Notes: generated by a model from the letters alone, not told the origin. Shown: positions 14,300-24,072, numbered from the stretch's first letter. The stretch: 32,000 nucleotides of DNA from Planctomycetales bacterium (GCA_022646745.1 CP060262.1:2970001-3002000); one strand, 5' to 3'. A program made the numbers and translations.

Positions 14300-14518
14300 T
14301 TGTCGAAAGAAGAAGGAATTGAGGTAGAGGGTCGCGTAATCGAGGCTCTGCGAAACGGCATGTTCCGCATTGAGCTGGAGAACGGCAACGTGATCCTCGG
14401 CTACCTGTCAGGAAAGATCCGCAAGTTCCGCATCCGCGTGCTGAACGGCGACCGGGTGCTTGTTGCCCTGTCCCCCTATGACCTGAACAAGGGTCGCATC
14501 GTTTACCGCTACAAGTAA
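14300..14518 (+). CDS. infA: translation initiation factor IF-1
   Basis: The 72-aa product matches IF-1 throughout: [68 protein letters not shown] start. Confidence 0.95.
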   Translation: MSKEEGIEVEGRVIEALRNGMFRIELENGNVILGYLSGKIRKFRIRVLNGDRVLVALSPYDLNKGRIVYRYK

Positions 14519-14521
14519 CGG

Positions 14522-15565
14522 CTAGGCGGGCTGGCGTTCGCGCCCGCCGAAGTACAGCCAGGCCAGCCACAGGCTGAATACCACGACCCCGACTGCGATC
14601 TTGAGCGTGTAGAGCACGTTCAGCGGCAGGCCTTCCTCCGGTGTCAGCGGAGTGACGAAGGCCTCGATGATCCCCGCCACCACCAGTGTCAGCGTGGTCG
14701 CCAGCACCAGCTTGCCGGCATCACCGACCGCTTCTCGCATCGCCTCACCGCGTGGCCGCAGGCCGGGGAACACCCAGGCGAAGCCGATCTTCATCCCGGC
14801 CGCTCCCGCCAGGCAGATCGCCGGTAGCTCGATTGCGCCATGCGCCGCCACTCCGGCGATGAAGTAAAGTGGCAGGTTGACGTCCAGTCCGGGCGGGGTG
14901 GTGAAGTACAGGAAGGCGATCGCCCCCAGCATGTAGCCGTTGAAGGCCATCATCAACAGTGCCGGCACTCCGCCGATGATCCCCAGCAGGAATGAGTTGA
15001 AGCCGACGCGGATGTTGTTGCTGGTGATCATGACCCACATCCCGCTGCGCTGGTCCTTCGGGATCTGGGCCGCCAGCCCGAGGTCAGCATCCTCATGCGC
15101 GGCCCGCAGGCTCGTCTGGTACTGGTTGATCATCTCAGGTCCAAGCACGGCGCGCGCCATGTCGGCATCGACCTGGCAGTGTATCCAACCGAGCAGGGCA
15201 CAGACCGTCATCACGGCGGCACTGGCCAGCACCAGCCTGTGGCAGCGACGGACGGCGCGCGGGATCTCCTCCAGCACATACTCCAGAAAGCCGAGCCGCC
15301 GTTCCCCGAGCTTGCGGCCGTAGATCACACCATGTGCGCGGTTGCACAGCCCGCTGAGCTGCTCGACGAGCATCGGGTTGTCACCACGAGTACGGAAGAG
15401 GGAGAGGTCGGAAAGGGTCTTGCGGTAGAGGGCGGGGAGGGCCGAAAGCTGCTCCTCACTGAGGCCCTGCAGGCCGCTGGACTGGATGCGGTCAAGGATC
15501 AGGCGCAGGCGTTCCCAGTCCGCTGAGCGCTCATCGAGCGAAAAATGCTGTCCGCCCTCCGGCAC
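14522..15565 (-). CDS. SpoIIM/DUF95-family integral membrane protein
   Basis: Cytoplasmic helical N-domain followed by TM segments, with the family-typical NNIRVGFNSFLLGIIGGVPALLMMAFNGYMLG. GTG start. Confidence 0.6.
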   Translation of the reverse strand: MPEGGQHFSLDERSADWERLRLILDRIQSSGLQGLSEEQLSALPALYRKTLSDLSLFRTRGDNPMLVEQLSGLCNRAHGVIYGRKLGERRLGFLEYVLEEIPRAVRRCHRLVLASAAVMTVCALLGWIHCQVDADMARAVLGPEMINQYQTSLRAAHEDADLGLAAQIPKDQRSGMWVMITSNNIRVGFNSFLLGIIGGVPALLMMAFNGYMLGAIAFLYFTTPPGLDVNLPLYFIAGVAAHGAIELPAICLAGAAGMKIGFAWVFPGLRPRGEAMREAVGDAGKLVLATTLTLVVAGIIEAFVTPLTPEEGLPLNVLYTLKIAVGVVVFSLWLAWLYFGGRERQPA

Positions 15566-15568
15566 ATT

Positions 15569-15574
15569 TATAAT
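15569..15574 (+). promoter_or_regulatory. -10 hexamer TATAAT, 9 nt upstream of TTG 15584
   Basis: cattTATAATcgtatcatcTTGtcg. Confidence 0.4.
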
Positions 15575-15583
15575 CGTATCATC

Positions 15584-17011
15584 TTGTCGGTTTCCCGTTC
15601 AGTTCCGGCCCTGCTGCTCTGCCTGCTGGGCCTCCTGCTCCCGTTCAATGCCTCTGCCGCGGACCAGCAGCTGCTGGGGATGCTGCGCCTGATCCCGCGC
15701 AGTCCCGGTGGACTGGCGGACCAGCCCCTGCCGCTGAAGCTGTATGCCGAGGGTAACTTCTACTTCGACCTGGCGATCAGCGATGACCTGGCGGGGACGG
15801 AGTACGACGACTACATCGAACGCCGCCTGAACCTGCTCAATGCGGCCTACAGCGTGGAACTGCGCGACCATGGCCGCACCACGGACTACGACTCTCAACG
15901 GGGTGGCGAGTTCTGGGCATCCGTCCCGGCGGTGGATGGCAGCTACCACATCCCGGCCAGCCTGCTGCCGGACCACGTCTACTCATGGGCGGTGATTGCC
16001 CAGGTCGATGAGGGTGGCGGGGACATCATCAGCCTGCGCTCAGAGTCCCTGTACTTCCATACTTCCAGCGCAGGCCTGCTGCTGTCAGGCCGGGAAAGGC
16101 TCAGCCAGGATTCCCTGGCCTATGCGAATGCGCTGGCCCTGCTGGGGCGCCTGCAGCATGACGAGAACCAGGCGATGCTGCACAGCCTGCGCGGTGTCAG
16201 CAACTACGTGAACTATCCGCAGGCCACCAACAGCTACATCTGTACGGCGATCGAGCCACCGGGCAGCCGGCCCCTGCCATCCCCGGCACCGGATGAGCTG
16301 CTGGAGCTGCCCGACCTGCTGGAGCTGGGCGGAATAATGCGAGAAGCCCGCGAGCTGCACCAGTGGATCAGCAGTGGCCGTGAGGACATGGGCCAGCTGC
16401 GCAGCCTGTCCAACCGCTGCCGCCTGTTCGTGAACCGCGCCCAGTCCCGCAGTGATGACGCGCCGGAGGCCCTCGGCACCCTGCTTGAAGCCGCCCGCCG
16501 GCTCGGCGTGGAGGAAGCACTGTCCGGGCCGGAGCGCCTGTCCCTGCTCAGCGAGCTGCTCTTGCTCGGTGACAAACTGGTGGCCGGTGGCACCGTACGC
16601 CTGCAGGGTGACAGCCAGGCCAGCCTGTCCGACTACGCGCGCAGTTCAGAGCGCCGCCTGCGCCAGCTCAGCGACATGGACCCGGCACTGTACAATCTGC
16701 TGGGAGCCGATCGCGGGCGCTTCTGGCAGGAGTACTTCCGCAGCCAGCGGGCTGACCTGGCTCTGCTGCGCGAGGAGCTGGGCCTGCCGGACAGTGGCCA
16801 GTCCCGCTCAAGTGCACTGATTTCGCAGTCAGCCGAACGGGCCAGGATGCAATTACCTGAGGCATTCGATGGTATGGAAGGGCAGCGATATGCCGAGGCG
16901 GTCGCTGCATTTGCTACACTTTCGCCCGCCGGAGACCCGCAGAAGCTCAGGGCCCTGCTGGAAGCCCAGCTGGCCTGGATAGCAGCCGCGGTCTGGCCCC
17001 GCAGAGATTGA
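15584..17011 (+). CDS. secreted protein, unknown function
   Basis: TTG 15584 gives a clean signal peptide, [27 protein letters not shown]. The track start at 15545 lies upstream of the -10 hexamer and overlaps the divergent gene's start. Confidence 0.55.
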   Translation: MSVSRSVPALLLCLLGLLLPFNASAADQQLLGMLRLIPRSPGGLADQPLPLKLYAEGNFYFDLAISDDLAGTEYDDYIERRLNLLNAAYSVELRDHGRTTDYDSQRGGEFWASVPAVDGSYHIPASLLPDHVYSWAVIAQVDEGGGDIISLRSESLYFHTSSAGLLLSGRERLSQDSLAYANALALLGRLQHDENQAMLHSLRGVSNYVNYPQATNSYICTAIEPPGSRPLPSPAPDELLELPDLLELGGIMREARELHQWISSGREDMGQLRSLSNRCRLFVNRAQSRSDDAPEALGTLLEAARRLGVEEALSGPERLSLLSELLLLGDKLVAGGTVRLQGDSQASLSDYARSSERRLRQLSDMDPALYNLLGADRGRFWQEYFRSQRADLALLREELGLPDSGQSRSSALISQSAERARMQLPEAFDGMEGQRYAEAVAAFATLSPAGDPQKLRALLEAQLAWIAAAVWPRRD

Positions 17012-17057
17012 CAACCGCCCGAACGGGGAGGCGGACCCAAACAGGAGTAACAGACAG

Positions 17058-17978
17058 ATGTCCAAGAAGAATGGCAGCAGCAACAGCAGTAACGGCTCGA
17101 AGAAGGGCGGTTACAGCACGAAGGTCGGCCTGGCCGAAATGCTCAAGGGTGGCGTGATCATGGATGTCACGAATGCCGAGCAGGCCGTGATTGCCGAGCG
17201 TGCCGGTGCCGTGGCCGTGATGGCGCTTGAGCGCGTCCCGGCTGATATCCGCCGTGCCGGTGGCATCGCCCGCATGAGCAGCGTGTCCATGATCCGCGAG
17301 ATCATGGCATCCGTCTCGATCCCGGTGATGGCCAAGTGCCGCATCGGCCACTTCGTTGAGGCCCAGATCCTCGAAGCCCTCGGTGTCGACTTCATCGACG
17401 AGAGCGAGGTGCTGACCCCGGCTGATGAGGCCTTCCACGTTGACAAGCATGCCTTCAAGGCACCCTTCGTCTGCGGTGCCAAGGACCTCGGCGAGGCCCT
17501 GCGCCGCATCGGCGAGGGTGCTGCGATGATCCGCACCAAGGGTGAGCCCGGTACCGGCAACATCGTCGAGGCCGTGCGCCACATGCGCAGCGTGCAGGGT
17601 GAGATCAAGGCGCTCACCGTGCTCCCGAAGGAGGAGCTGATGACCGCAGCCAAGGAGCTGCAGGCCCCCTATGACCTCGTGTGCTGGGTGGCCAGCAAGG
17701 GCCGCCTGCCCGTGCCGAACTTCGCCGCCGGCGGTGTTGCCACCCCGGCTGATGCCGCGCTGATGATGCAGCTCGGCGCAGAGACGGTGTTCGTCGGCAG
17801 TGGCATCTTCAAGAGTGACGACCCGCAGCCGCGTGCCGAGGCGATCGTGCAGGCAGTGCTGCATTATGACAACCCGAAGAAGCTGGCCGAGGTCAGCGCT
17901 GGATTGGGTGAGGCGATGAGCGGGCTGGACGTTGCCAGCATGGACGAGCAGGACCGCATGGCCACCCGCGGCTGGTAA
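17058..17978 (+). CDS. pdxS: pyridoxal 5'-phosphate synthase lyase subunit PdxS
   Basis: [83 protein letters not shown]. Confidence 0.95.
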   Translation: MSKKNGSSNSSNGSKKGGYSTKVGLAEMLKGGVIMDVTNAEQAVIAERAGAVAVMALERVPADIRRAGGIARMSSVSMIREIMASVSIPVMAKCRIGHFVEAQILEALGVDFIDESEVLTPADEAFHVDKHAFKAPFVCGAKDLGEALRRIGEGAAMIRTKGEPGTGNIVEAVRHMRSVQGEIKALTVLPKEELMTAAKELQAPYDLVCWVASKGRLPVPNFAAGGVATPADAALMMQLGAETVFVGSGIFKSDDPQPRAEAIVQAVLHYDNPKKLAEVSAGLGEAMSGLDVASMDEQDRMATRGW

Positions 17979-19090
17979 TGGCTGCCAGGCGGAGACGCAT
18001 TCTCTTCCTTCTGCTTGGCTGCTGCCTGCTGCTGGCCGGCTGTCCGGCCGCAGACCATGAAACTGACGCTGCCAATCGTGGCACTGTCTCCACCGCCGGC
18101 AGCCAGCCGCGCCATGTGGCGAGCAGCCCCTTCCAGCTGGAGGCATTCCCGCTGCCGGAGGGCCAGCTGCTTGGCGAAGGCCGGGTGCTGGCCAGCCAGC
18201 CTAATGCCTTTGCCGGCAATGATGTCAGTGCCGATCCCGGCCAGGCCAGCCTGGTGCAGTTCCGGCCACGCGGACTTGACCCCGTTTTGAACATCCCGCA
18301 CAAGCTGTCGGGTACGCTCCGGGTCTGCATGTTCTTCCCTGACAACCGCGTGATGCTCAGCCAGTCCGCCGCCGGTGGGGAACAGCCGCGTGTGCTGGTG
18401 GTTGACACTGACACGGGGGCCGAGCTGGATGTCACTCCCGCCAACCTCGGCCCGCTCTGGGATGGCAGCGCTGCCCTGCCGCTGGTCGCCTGGACCGGCA
18501 AGCACGGCCTGTGCATCCACGCCACTGGCCAGCGTGCCAACGAGCTGGTGCTCTGGCAGGGGCACAACCGTCTGGAGGAAGTGCAGAAGCTGCCAGCTGT
18601 GGTTGCCACCGGTTACCGCATGCTCGATGAAGGTGTGCAGTTCCTCGCCGTCAATGCAGGCCTCGAGCTGCTGGCCTTCGACGAGGTGCAGGGGCGTATG
18701 CTGCCTGACCCGGATGGGCTGGACCTGGCCGCTGCGATTGTCAACGCGGCCGGTACTGATCAGGATGCTCCCGTCAGTTTCGCCTGCGCCGGTGAGATCG
18801 CCGTGCTGCAGACCCGCGACGGATCACACTGGGCAGTGGTTGGCAGCGAGGACCGCGAGGACTACATCGAGGTGCATGACGCCTCCGGTGAGACCCCGGA
18901 AGGCCGCCGCCGCGTGCCCGGTCCCGGTGACCTGCTGGGTGGCAGTGAGGCCCAGCGCCTGCGCCGTGAAGGCGCGCAGCAGGATCCGTCCATCATCAAT
19001 GAGGGGTTTGTAGTGCCGCTCAACGCGGACCATGTGGGGATCTTCGACCTGGTATACCAGCGCCTGGTCGTGATCGGTGTCGCCGACTAG
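17978..19090 (+). CDS. lipoprotein, unknown function
   Basis: [22 protein letters not shown] has a perfect LAGC lipobox. Its ATG overlaps the pdxS TAA (TAATG). Confidence 0.6.
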   Translation: MAARRRRILFLLLGCCLLLAGCPAADHETDAANRGTVSTAGSQPRHVASSPFQLEAFPLPEGQLLGEGRVLASQPNAFAGNDVSADPGQASLVQFRPRGLDPVLNIPHKLSGTLRVCMFFPDNRVMLSQSAAGGEQPRVLVVDTDTGAELDVTPANLGPLWDGSAALPLVAWTGKHGLCIHATGQRANELVLWQGHNRLEEVQKLPAVVATGYRMLDEGVQFLAVNAGLELLAFDEVQGRMLPDPDGLDLAAAIVNAAGTDQDAPVSFACAGEIAVLQTRDGSHWAVVGSEDREDYIEVHDASGETPEGRRRVPGPGDLLGGSEAQRLRREGAQQDPSIINEGFVVPLNADHVGIFDLVYQRLVVIGVAD

Positions 19091-19092
19091 GC

Positions 19093-19599
19093 CTAGGATT
19101 CCTCGCCGTCCTCGACGACGTCCTCCACCTCTCCGCCGATCACCGCAGTCAGGTTGATCATCTCGATCAGCGCCTGCATGCTTTCCGCGCCCTTGTTGCC
19201 ACTCTTGGAACCGGCCCGGTGCAACGCCTGCTCCAGGTTATCGCAGGTCAGGATGCCGTAGCAGACCGGGATCTCGGACACGGTGGACAGGCTTCCAAGC
19301 CCACGCGTCACCTCTGTTGCGAGGTAGTCGTAATGGTCAGTCTCGCCCCGGATCAGGCAACCGAGTGCCAGCACGCCGTCATAGCCGCCCTGCTCAAGCA
19401 GCCAGGAAACGGTCTGCGGGATCTCGAAGCAGCCGGGCACCCAGTAGGTGTCCATGTCGCACTCGGACATGCTGAAGCGCTCAAGCGCATCCTCAGCGCC
19501 CTCGACCAGCTGGTTGACCACAAGCTCATTGAAGCTGGCGGCCACCACGGCAACCCTGATGCCGTCAGCCACGCACTTGCCCCGGAAGGTGTTTCCCAT
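19093..19599 (-). CDS. ribH: 6,7-dimethyl-8-ribityllumazine synthase
   Basis: RVAVVAASFNELVVNQLVEGA, WVPGCFEIP, ALGCLIRGETDHYDY, HRAGSKSGNKGAE. Has an acidic C-terminal extension. Confidence 0.92.
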   Translation of the reverse strand: MGNTFRGKCVADGIRVAVVAASFNELVVNQLVEGAEDALERFSMSECDMDTYWVPGCFEIPQTVSWLLEQGGYDGVLALGCLIRGETDHYDYLATEVTRGLGSLSTVSEIPVCYGILTCDNLEQALHRAGSKSGNKGAESMQALIEMINLTAVIGGEVEDVVEDGEES

Positions 19600-19603
19600 G
19601 CCG

Positions 19604-19611
19604 ATATGCTA
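19604..19611. promoter_or_regulatory. overlapping divergent -10-like hexamers: TAGCAT for ribH (minus strand, 6 nt from the ATG) and TATGCT for the HAD gene (plus strand)
   Basis: The plus strand reads cATGccgaTATGCTAccatgcagccGTG. The minus strand reads ggTAGCATatcggcATG. Confidence 0.35.
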
Positions 19612-19621
19612 CCATGCAGCC

Positions 19622-20281
19622 GTGAAATTCAGCGGCGCACGCATCATCGCCTTCGACAACGACGGCACGCTCTATCCGGCCGGCGCGGAGGTCTGCATGA
19701 GCGTGCTGGAGGCCCATCGCGTCTACGTCCGTGAGCATGGCCTGGGGTTGGAGACGCCGGACATCCGCTGGGTGCAGAAGCATATCGGGGCAGATGCGAA
19801 GGAGTTCTACTCGCTGATGATGCCGGGCCAGCCGCGCAGCGTGGTGGATGACTTCGAGGACTACTGCCTGCACCATGAGAAGGGCGCCATCGATACCCGG
19901 CCTCATCTCTACGAAGGTGCGGTTGAGCTGCTGTCAGCCCTGAAGGACGCCGGGCGCATCCTGTTGCTGGTCAGTAATGGCAGCCCGCGCTACCTGAAGC
20001 ATATCTGGGATGCCGCAGGTTATGGCGAGTGGTTCTCGCAGATGTACCCCTACGGCCCGCCGGACTACGGCACCAAGGGTGAGCGCCTGAAGCTGGCGCA
20101 TGAGGACTGGGGTGGGGGAGCGGCCGTGATGATCGGTGACCGCCGCAGTGACTGGGAGGCGGCGCAGCATGCCGGGCTGCCCTTCATCGGTTGCCGTTAT
20201 GGCTATGGCGAGGACAGTGAGTTGTCAGATGCCGACCATGTGGTTGACGACATCAGCGAGTTGCGGGATGTGCTGTTGTGA
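19622..20281 (+). CDS. HAD-superfamily phosphatase (phosphoglycolate phosphatase-like)
   Basis: Motif I IAFDNDGTL, motif II LVSNG, motif III/IV K...GDRRSDWEAA. The start is GTG 19622, or ATG 19598. The track start at 19448 lies inside ribH and is rejected. Confidence 0.8.
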   Translation: MKFSGARIIAFDNDGTLYPAGAEVCMSVLEAHRVYVREHGLGLETPDIRWVQKHIGADAKEFYSLMMPGQPRSVVDDFEDYCLHHEKGAIDTRPHLYEGAVELLSALKDAGRILLLVSNGSPRYLKHIWDAAGYGEWFSQMYPYGPPDYGTKGERLKLAHEDWGGGAAVMIGDRRSDWEAAQHAGLPFIGCRYGYGEDSELSDADHVVDDISELRDVLL

Positions 20282-20460
20282 GAGCTGGCAGATAGCTGAA
20301 AGCAGAAAGCTGATAGCAGATAGCTGAAAGCAGGAAGCCGGGGGCTGAAAGCTGAAAGCAAAATGCGGAGTGGGGACTCAACAATGAACCGTAGCGGCGC
20401 AATCCCATGAGTAGGGTTGCGGCAATACCGTCACCGGGATGGGGTGTTACCCCATCCCTA
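20282..20460 (+). repeat. composite 3'-UTR repeat region: purine-rich GCTGAAAGC repeats, a GGAG-hairpin-CAATG unit and two further hairpins
   Basis: GCAGATAGCTGAAAGCAG occurs twice (20288-20305 and 20316-20333), and GCTGAAA twice (20344-20357). Also G-GAGT-GGGG-ACTC-AACAATG (20367-20386), GCAA(T)CCC-ATGAGTA-GGGTTGC-GGCAAT, and GGGATGGGGT-GTT-ACCCCATCCC (20437-20459). Confidence 0.7.
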
Positions 20461-20504
20461 CGTCTCACAAATGTCCAAACGATATTGGAACCATCCCCAC
20501 ACCG

Positions 20505-20510
20505 TATAAT
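20505..20510 (+). promoter_or_regulatory. -10 hexamer TATAAT, 6 nt upstream of GTG 20517
   Basis: accgTATAATccgcctGTGcgt. Confidence 0.45.
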
Positions 20511-20516
20511 CCGCCT

Positions 20517-21137
20517 GTGCGTTATTCGCTAACAACCATCCTCTTCCTGTTCCTGCTTGCCGCTACCGCCTTCGCGCAGTCCGACAAGCCGGAGCGCCTC
20601 AAGGTGGACAGCTACCACTTTGCCTTCACCTTCGAGCCGGGCTGCGTGGTGACCTACAGCGCAGGCAGCAATGGTGCCACCGGCATCCGCTTCCCCAAGG
20701 GTGCATCCACTACGGATGAGCCGCTCTACCGCGTGCTGGTCTACGGCAAGGATGAGTACCTCGTGTCCCTCGCGGAGGCCCGTGACAGCGGCATCACGCC
20801 TGCCGAGGAGCAGTTCCTCAAGAGCTCCGCCTTTGCCACGCCCGCCGCCTGGGATGCCCAGTTCTCCAAGATCATGGCAACGCATGACCGCGAGGTCAGC
20901 GGACAGGCCACGATCAGGCTCTCCGATGGCAGCAGCCGCTCTGTGCCGTACTTCGCATGGAGCCGCAGCATTGGCAGCAAGACGCACTACGCGGTGATGT
21001 ACGTCACCATCCATCGCGGGGCCTTCATCGCCGTGCAGGTGGAGGGCTCCAAGCCCTTCACGGAAGAATCTGTCAAGGCACTGACAAGCTCACTTGAGCT
21101 GACGGTCGCGCCACCCGCACCGGCTCCTGCCAGCTAG
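20517..21137 (+). CDS. secreted protein, unknown function
   Basis: GTG 20517 gives M-RYSLTTILFLFLLAATAFA/QS. The 26 residues upstream in the track ORF are P/T-rich and sit over the repeat region and promoter. Confidence 0.6.
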   Translation: MRYSLTTILFLFLLAATAFAQSDKPERLKVDSYHFAFTFEPGCVVTYSAGSNGATGIRFPKGASTTDEPLYRVLVYGKDEYLVSLAEARDSGITPAEEQFLKSSAFATPAAWDAQFSKIMATHDREVSGQATIRLSDGSSRSVPYFAWSRSIGSKTHYAVMYVTIHRGAFIAVQVEGSKPFTEESVKALTSSLELTVAPPAPAPAS

Positions 21138-21140
21138 GGT

Positions 21141-21842
21141 CTACTGTCCTAGCGCCGCCAGCTCGTCGTCAATCGCTTTTCGGTACTTCGCAGTCGCTTC
21201 CCCGATACTCTCCGCGGTGCTGCCCGCCACGATCGCGCCGATCATCAGCCCGCCCGTGCCGACGCGTACTAGCCACTTCGTGTCATCAGTGCTGATGTGC
21301 TTCTGGGTCGGCACCAGCAGCGGTGCATCGACATACTCCTGCAGGATGCGCAGGCGACGTGCATCGTGGTAGCTGAAGGGCTTGCCGTAGTCCTCCGGTT
21401 TCGTGATGCTGGCTTCCACCATGAAGATCCGGTTGCGGTTGGCACCACGCGGCCAGTAAACGTGTGACATGAAGAAGGCCGGTTCCACGAAGCCGTCAAA
21501 ACTGTCAAAGGCCACGATCAGCTTCTGCTTCAGCTCCAGGAACCACAGCGGCATGTGCTGCGTATAGATGTCAACGAAGCTGATTCCTATTTCGAACAGC
21601 GCGTCCATCTCCGCACGTGTCGGCAGGTTTGCTATGTCCGCCCCCGGCATCAGCCCGACCTCGCAGTCCACTGCCTGGCAGATCGCGCGCACGGTATCCC
21701 GTTCCTCGCTGAAGCTTCCGAAGCGCGTGCCGCTGGCACGGTGTTCCACGTTCATGTGCAGCTTGATCGCATCCGCGCCACTGGCGGCTGCGGCCTTCGC
21801 CATTTCGATGTCATTGCGTGGCAGGCTGACGATCAGTTTCAT
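21141..21842 (-). CDS. TIM-barrel-like (phosphate-binding aldolase-type) protein, function unknown
   Basis: MKLIVSLPRNDIEMAKAAAASGADAIKLHMNV... at the start and C-terminal GTGGLMIGAIVAG resemble phosphate-binding (beta/alpha)8 enzymes. There is no precise family match from memory. Confidence 0.45.
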   Translation of the reverse strand: MKLIVSLPRNDIEMAKAAAASGADAIKLHMNVEHRASGTRFGSFSEERDTVRAICQAVDCEVGLMPGADIANLPTRAEMDALFEIGISFVDIYTQHMPLWFLELKQKLIVAFDSFDGFVEPAFFMSHVYWPRGANRNRIFMVEASITKPEDYGKPFSYHDARRLRILQEYVDAPLLVPTQKHISTDDTKWLVRVGTGGLMIGAIVAGSTAESIGEATAKYRKAIDDELAALGQ

Positions 21843-21876
21843 CGCGGCTCATCCCTCACAGCGTGATGGCAGCATT

Positions 21877-23214
21877 CTACTGCCCGTCGCGCAGGAGCCT
21901 GTCCGTCACCTGCTTGCTGCGCTCCACGCCGGGCTGGTCATAGGGGTTGATCCCGAACCGGATCCCGAGGCAGGCTGTGGTGTGCATCCAGAGCTGCAGC
22001 AGGCTGCCCAGTGCCTGCTCATCCAGCCTGTTGAGCACCAGTTCCGCAACCGGATGCCCGGCTGACTGCAGCGTTGCCATTGTCCCGCGCCGGCTGGCAT
22101 CAAGCAGGCCATGCAGTGACTGTCCGCCAAGCTGGGCAAAGCCCTCCGGCAGCCGCTCACTGCCCCGATTGACTGATATGTCGAACTGGGGCTCACTGCA
22201 ACCCAGGAAGCAATATGCATTATTTGCCGGGCCGTCCAGGAACAGCTGGTTAAGGCTATGCTGGTCGGAAGCGCCGCGCGCCAGCAGCGGGTTGATGCCG
22301 ATGTGCTTGCCACCCGGCAGCGTACGACCGGTGGATTCCGCAAGCAGCTGGCGCCACCAGTCTCCAAAGCCCAGCAAGAGGTCGCCGTAGCAGTACAGCA
22401 CTGCGTTGGCAATCCCGTCCGCGAGGAGCAGTCCGCTGAGCTGCCAGGCCGGATTGTCAGCCAGCGTAGATTCTTCCAGCAGGGTAGCGGTTTCAGCTGC
22501 GGCCTTTGACAGCGCGGTGATATCCAGGCCTGCGAAGGCCAATGGCAGCAGGCCGGCTGCCGTGAACATGCTGAAGCGCCCGCCGGTATGCTCAGGCAGG
22601 GCGATGCGTTTCCAACCATGGCGATCGGCCAGGGTTCCCAGCGGATTGTCATTCTCCTGGCAGCAGACCGCCACCTGCGGTCCACCGGTGTCACCGGCAT
22701 CAAGGAACTGCAGCGAGGCTGCCAGCATGGCCACCGTCTCCAGCGTGTTGCCACTGCGGGAGACCGCCAGCACGCTGCAGCTGGCCGGGTCGACGCTTTC
22801 CAGTACCGTGATCATCGTGGCCGGGTCCGGGTTGTCCATGAATTCCACGGCGCGCATGAGCCGGCTGTCCAGCTCCAGCGCACGGTAGACCGCCCGGGCT
22901 CCGTTGATGCTGCCACCCATGCCGATCAGCAGCAGCTCGGATGCTCCAGCTGCCAGCAGTCGTGCGGACTGCTGTATCTGCTCGATTGCCTGTATTTCGG
23001 AAGGGAGCTTGCGCCAGCCCATCAGGGCCGCATCGCCAAGATCCGCCTGCTGGCGATCCAGCAGCGTTGCCAGAGTTGTTTCCGCATCGATTCCGCTTGC
23101 GTCACCTGTCTGCGACAGGCGCAGGCTCAGCCCCGGCAGCCTGTATTCAGCCCCGGCCGGCATCGCTCTCCACCGCTGCATCCTCGCCAACAGATCCGCC
23201 GGGCTCAGCCTCAC
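21877..23214 (-). CDS. pgi: glucose-6-phosphate isomerase (short bacterial type)
   Basis: LIGMGGSINGARA, VSRSGNTLET, GGRFSMFTAAG, GASDQHSLNQLFLDGP. The start is uncertain: GTG 23214, ATG 23181 or ATG 23163. ATG 23163 gives the most typical N-terminal length. Confidence 0.88.
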   Translation of the reverse strand: MRLSPADLLARMQRWRAMPAGAEYRLPGLSLRLSQTGDASGIDAETTLATLLDRQQADLGDAALMGWRKLPSEIQAIEQIQQSARLLAAGASELLLIGMGGSINGARAVYRALELDSRLMRAVEFMDNPDPATMITVLESVDPASCSVLAVSRSGNTLETVAMLAASLQFLDAGDTGGPQVAVCCQENDNPLGTLADRHGWKRIALPEHTGGRFSMFTAAGLLPLAFAGLDITALSKAAAETATLLEESTLADNPAWQLSGLLLADGIANAVLYCYGDLLLGFGDWWRQLLAESTGRTLPGGKHIGINPLLARGASDQHSLNQLFLDGPANNAYCFLGCSEPQFDISVNRGSERLPEGFAQLGGQSLHGLLDASRRGTMATLQSAGHPVAELVLNRLDEQALGSLLQLWMHTTACLGIRFGINPYDQPGVERSKQVTDRLLRDGQ

Positions 23215-24028
23215 TAGGCTTCTTGCTGCGCCGACCTGCGCTGTCGTCGGCCAGTGCCGCGCGCGGGATCCACAGCAGGTTCGTCAATACCGCTACCCCG
23301 AGCAGTCCGAGGAACCAGCCCTGGAAGTCCTTATGGATGTCCAGCGTCACACTGCCACGCATCAGCTCCGGGAAGCCGCTGATGTGGCGGCTGAGCTGGT
23401 TGTAGAAGAACACGTCATTGAGCCGCATGAAGCGGTCGTCAACGAAGCTCTGCAGGGTCAGCCAGTAGCCGAAGCCCCAGTACAGGCACATCGCCCCCAG
23501 CGCGCACAGCCAGCGGGGCAGGGGGGTGAACCAGCGCAGGACCAGCGTCAGGTTCGTTGCCACCTGGATCGTGAGGAAGGCCAGCAGCCAGCGCTGCAGC
23601 AGCGTCAGCGGGATGCTGATGCCCTGGGCGGCGCTCAGTTCCGGGTAGCGATGCAGGTAGATCATCGGGATCAGCAGCGCAAGCGCGGCGATGAACTGCG
23701 TCGGTGTGCTGCTCAGCCCGGCCGCCAGCCGGTTGAAGGGCCTGTCCGGCCAGCGCTTTTCCCAGGCTTCCTTCAATGCCGGTTCGGCCAGCAGTGTGAG
23801 CAGCATCACACCGACGGTCGCGCCTTCGATGATGAACATCAGCGTGGCCAGCAGGTCGAAGGTGCTCAGCCCGGGGCCGTAGGGGCTCAGGCCCTTCTCG
23901 CCGTTGATCTTCAACATCGTCAGCTGCAGGATCAGCAGGGCCGAAATGCCGATGAGCATCCACAGGAAGCGGTTCTTCAGCTGCAGGACGATCAGGCGCT
24001 CGAGGTCGCTCAGGAGCGATCCCTTCAC
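23147..24028 (-). CDS. polytopic membrane protein, unknown function (downstream partner of the GspF-like gene)
   Basis: About 7 hydrophobic segments. The first roughly 85 residues of the track ORF overlap the upstream gene in another frame and are rejected. Candidate starts are GTG 24028, ATT 24052 and ATG 23959. Confidence 0.55.
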   Translation of the reverse strand: MKGSLLSDLERLIVLQLKNRFLWMLIGISALLILQLTMLKINGEKGLSPYGPGLSTFDLLATLMFIIEGATVGVMLLTLLAEPALKEAWEKRWPDRPFNRLAAGLSSTPTQFIAALALLIPMIYLHRYPELSAAQGISIPLTLLQRWLLAFLTIQVATNLTLVLRWFTPLPRWLCALGAMCLYWGFGYWLTLQSFVDDRFMRLNDVFFYNQLSRHISGFPELMRGSVTLDIHKDFQGWFLGLLGVAVLTNLLWIPRAALADDSAGRRSKKPSEAEPGGSVGEDAAVESDAGRG

Positions 24029-24072
24029 CTGTGGCTTGTCATCCTTGCTAATGCTGGCCTCCGCGCCGTCCC

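Noticed and set aside
15545-15583. ATG 15545 as the start of the secreted protein
   Set aside because: It would overlap the divergent gene's start by 21 nt and place a TATAAT box inside the first codons. TTG 15584 gives a canonical signal peptide. This remains uncertain.
19448-19597. Track start (19448) of the HAD phosphatase ORF
   Set aside because: This stretch lies antisense inside ribH. The HAD motif I (FDNDGTL) should be within about 10-20 residues of the true N-terminus, which favours GTG 19622 or ATG 19598.
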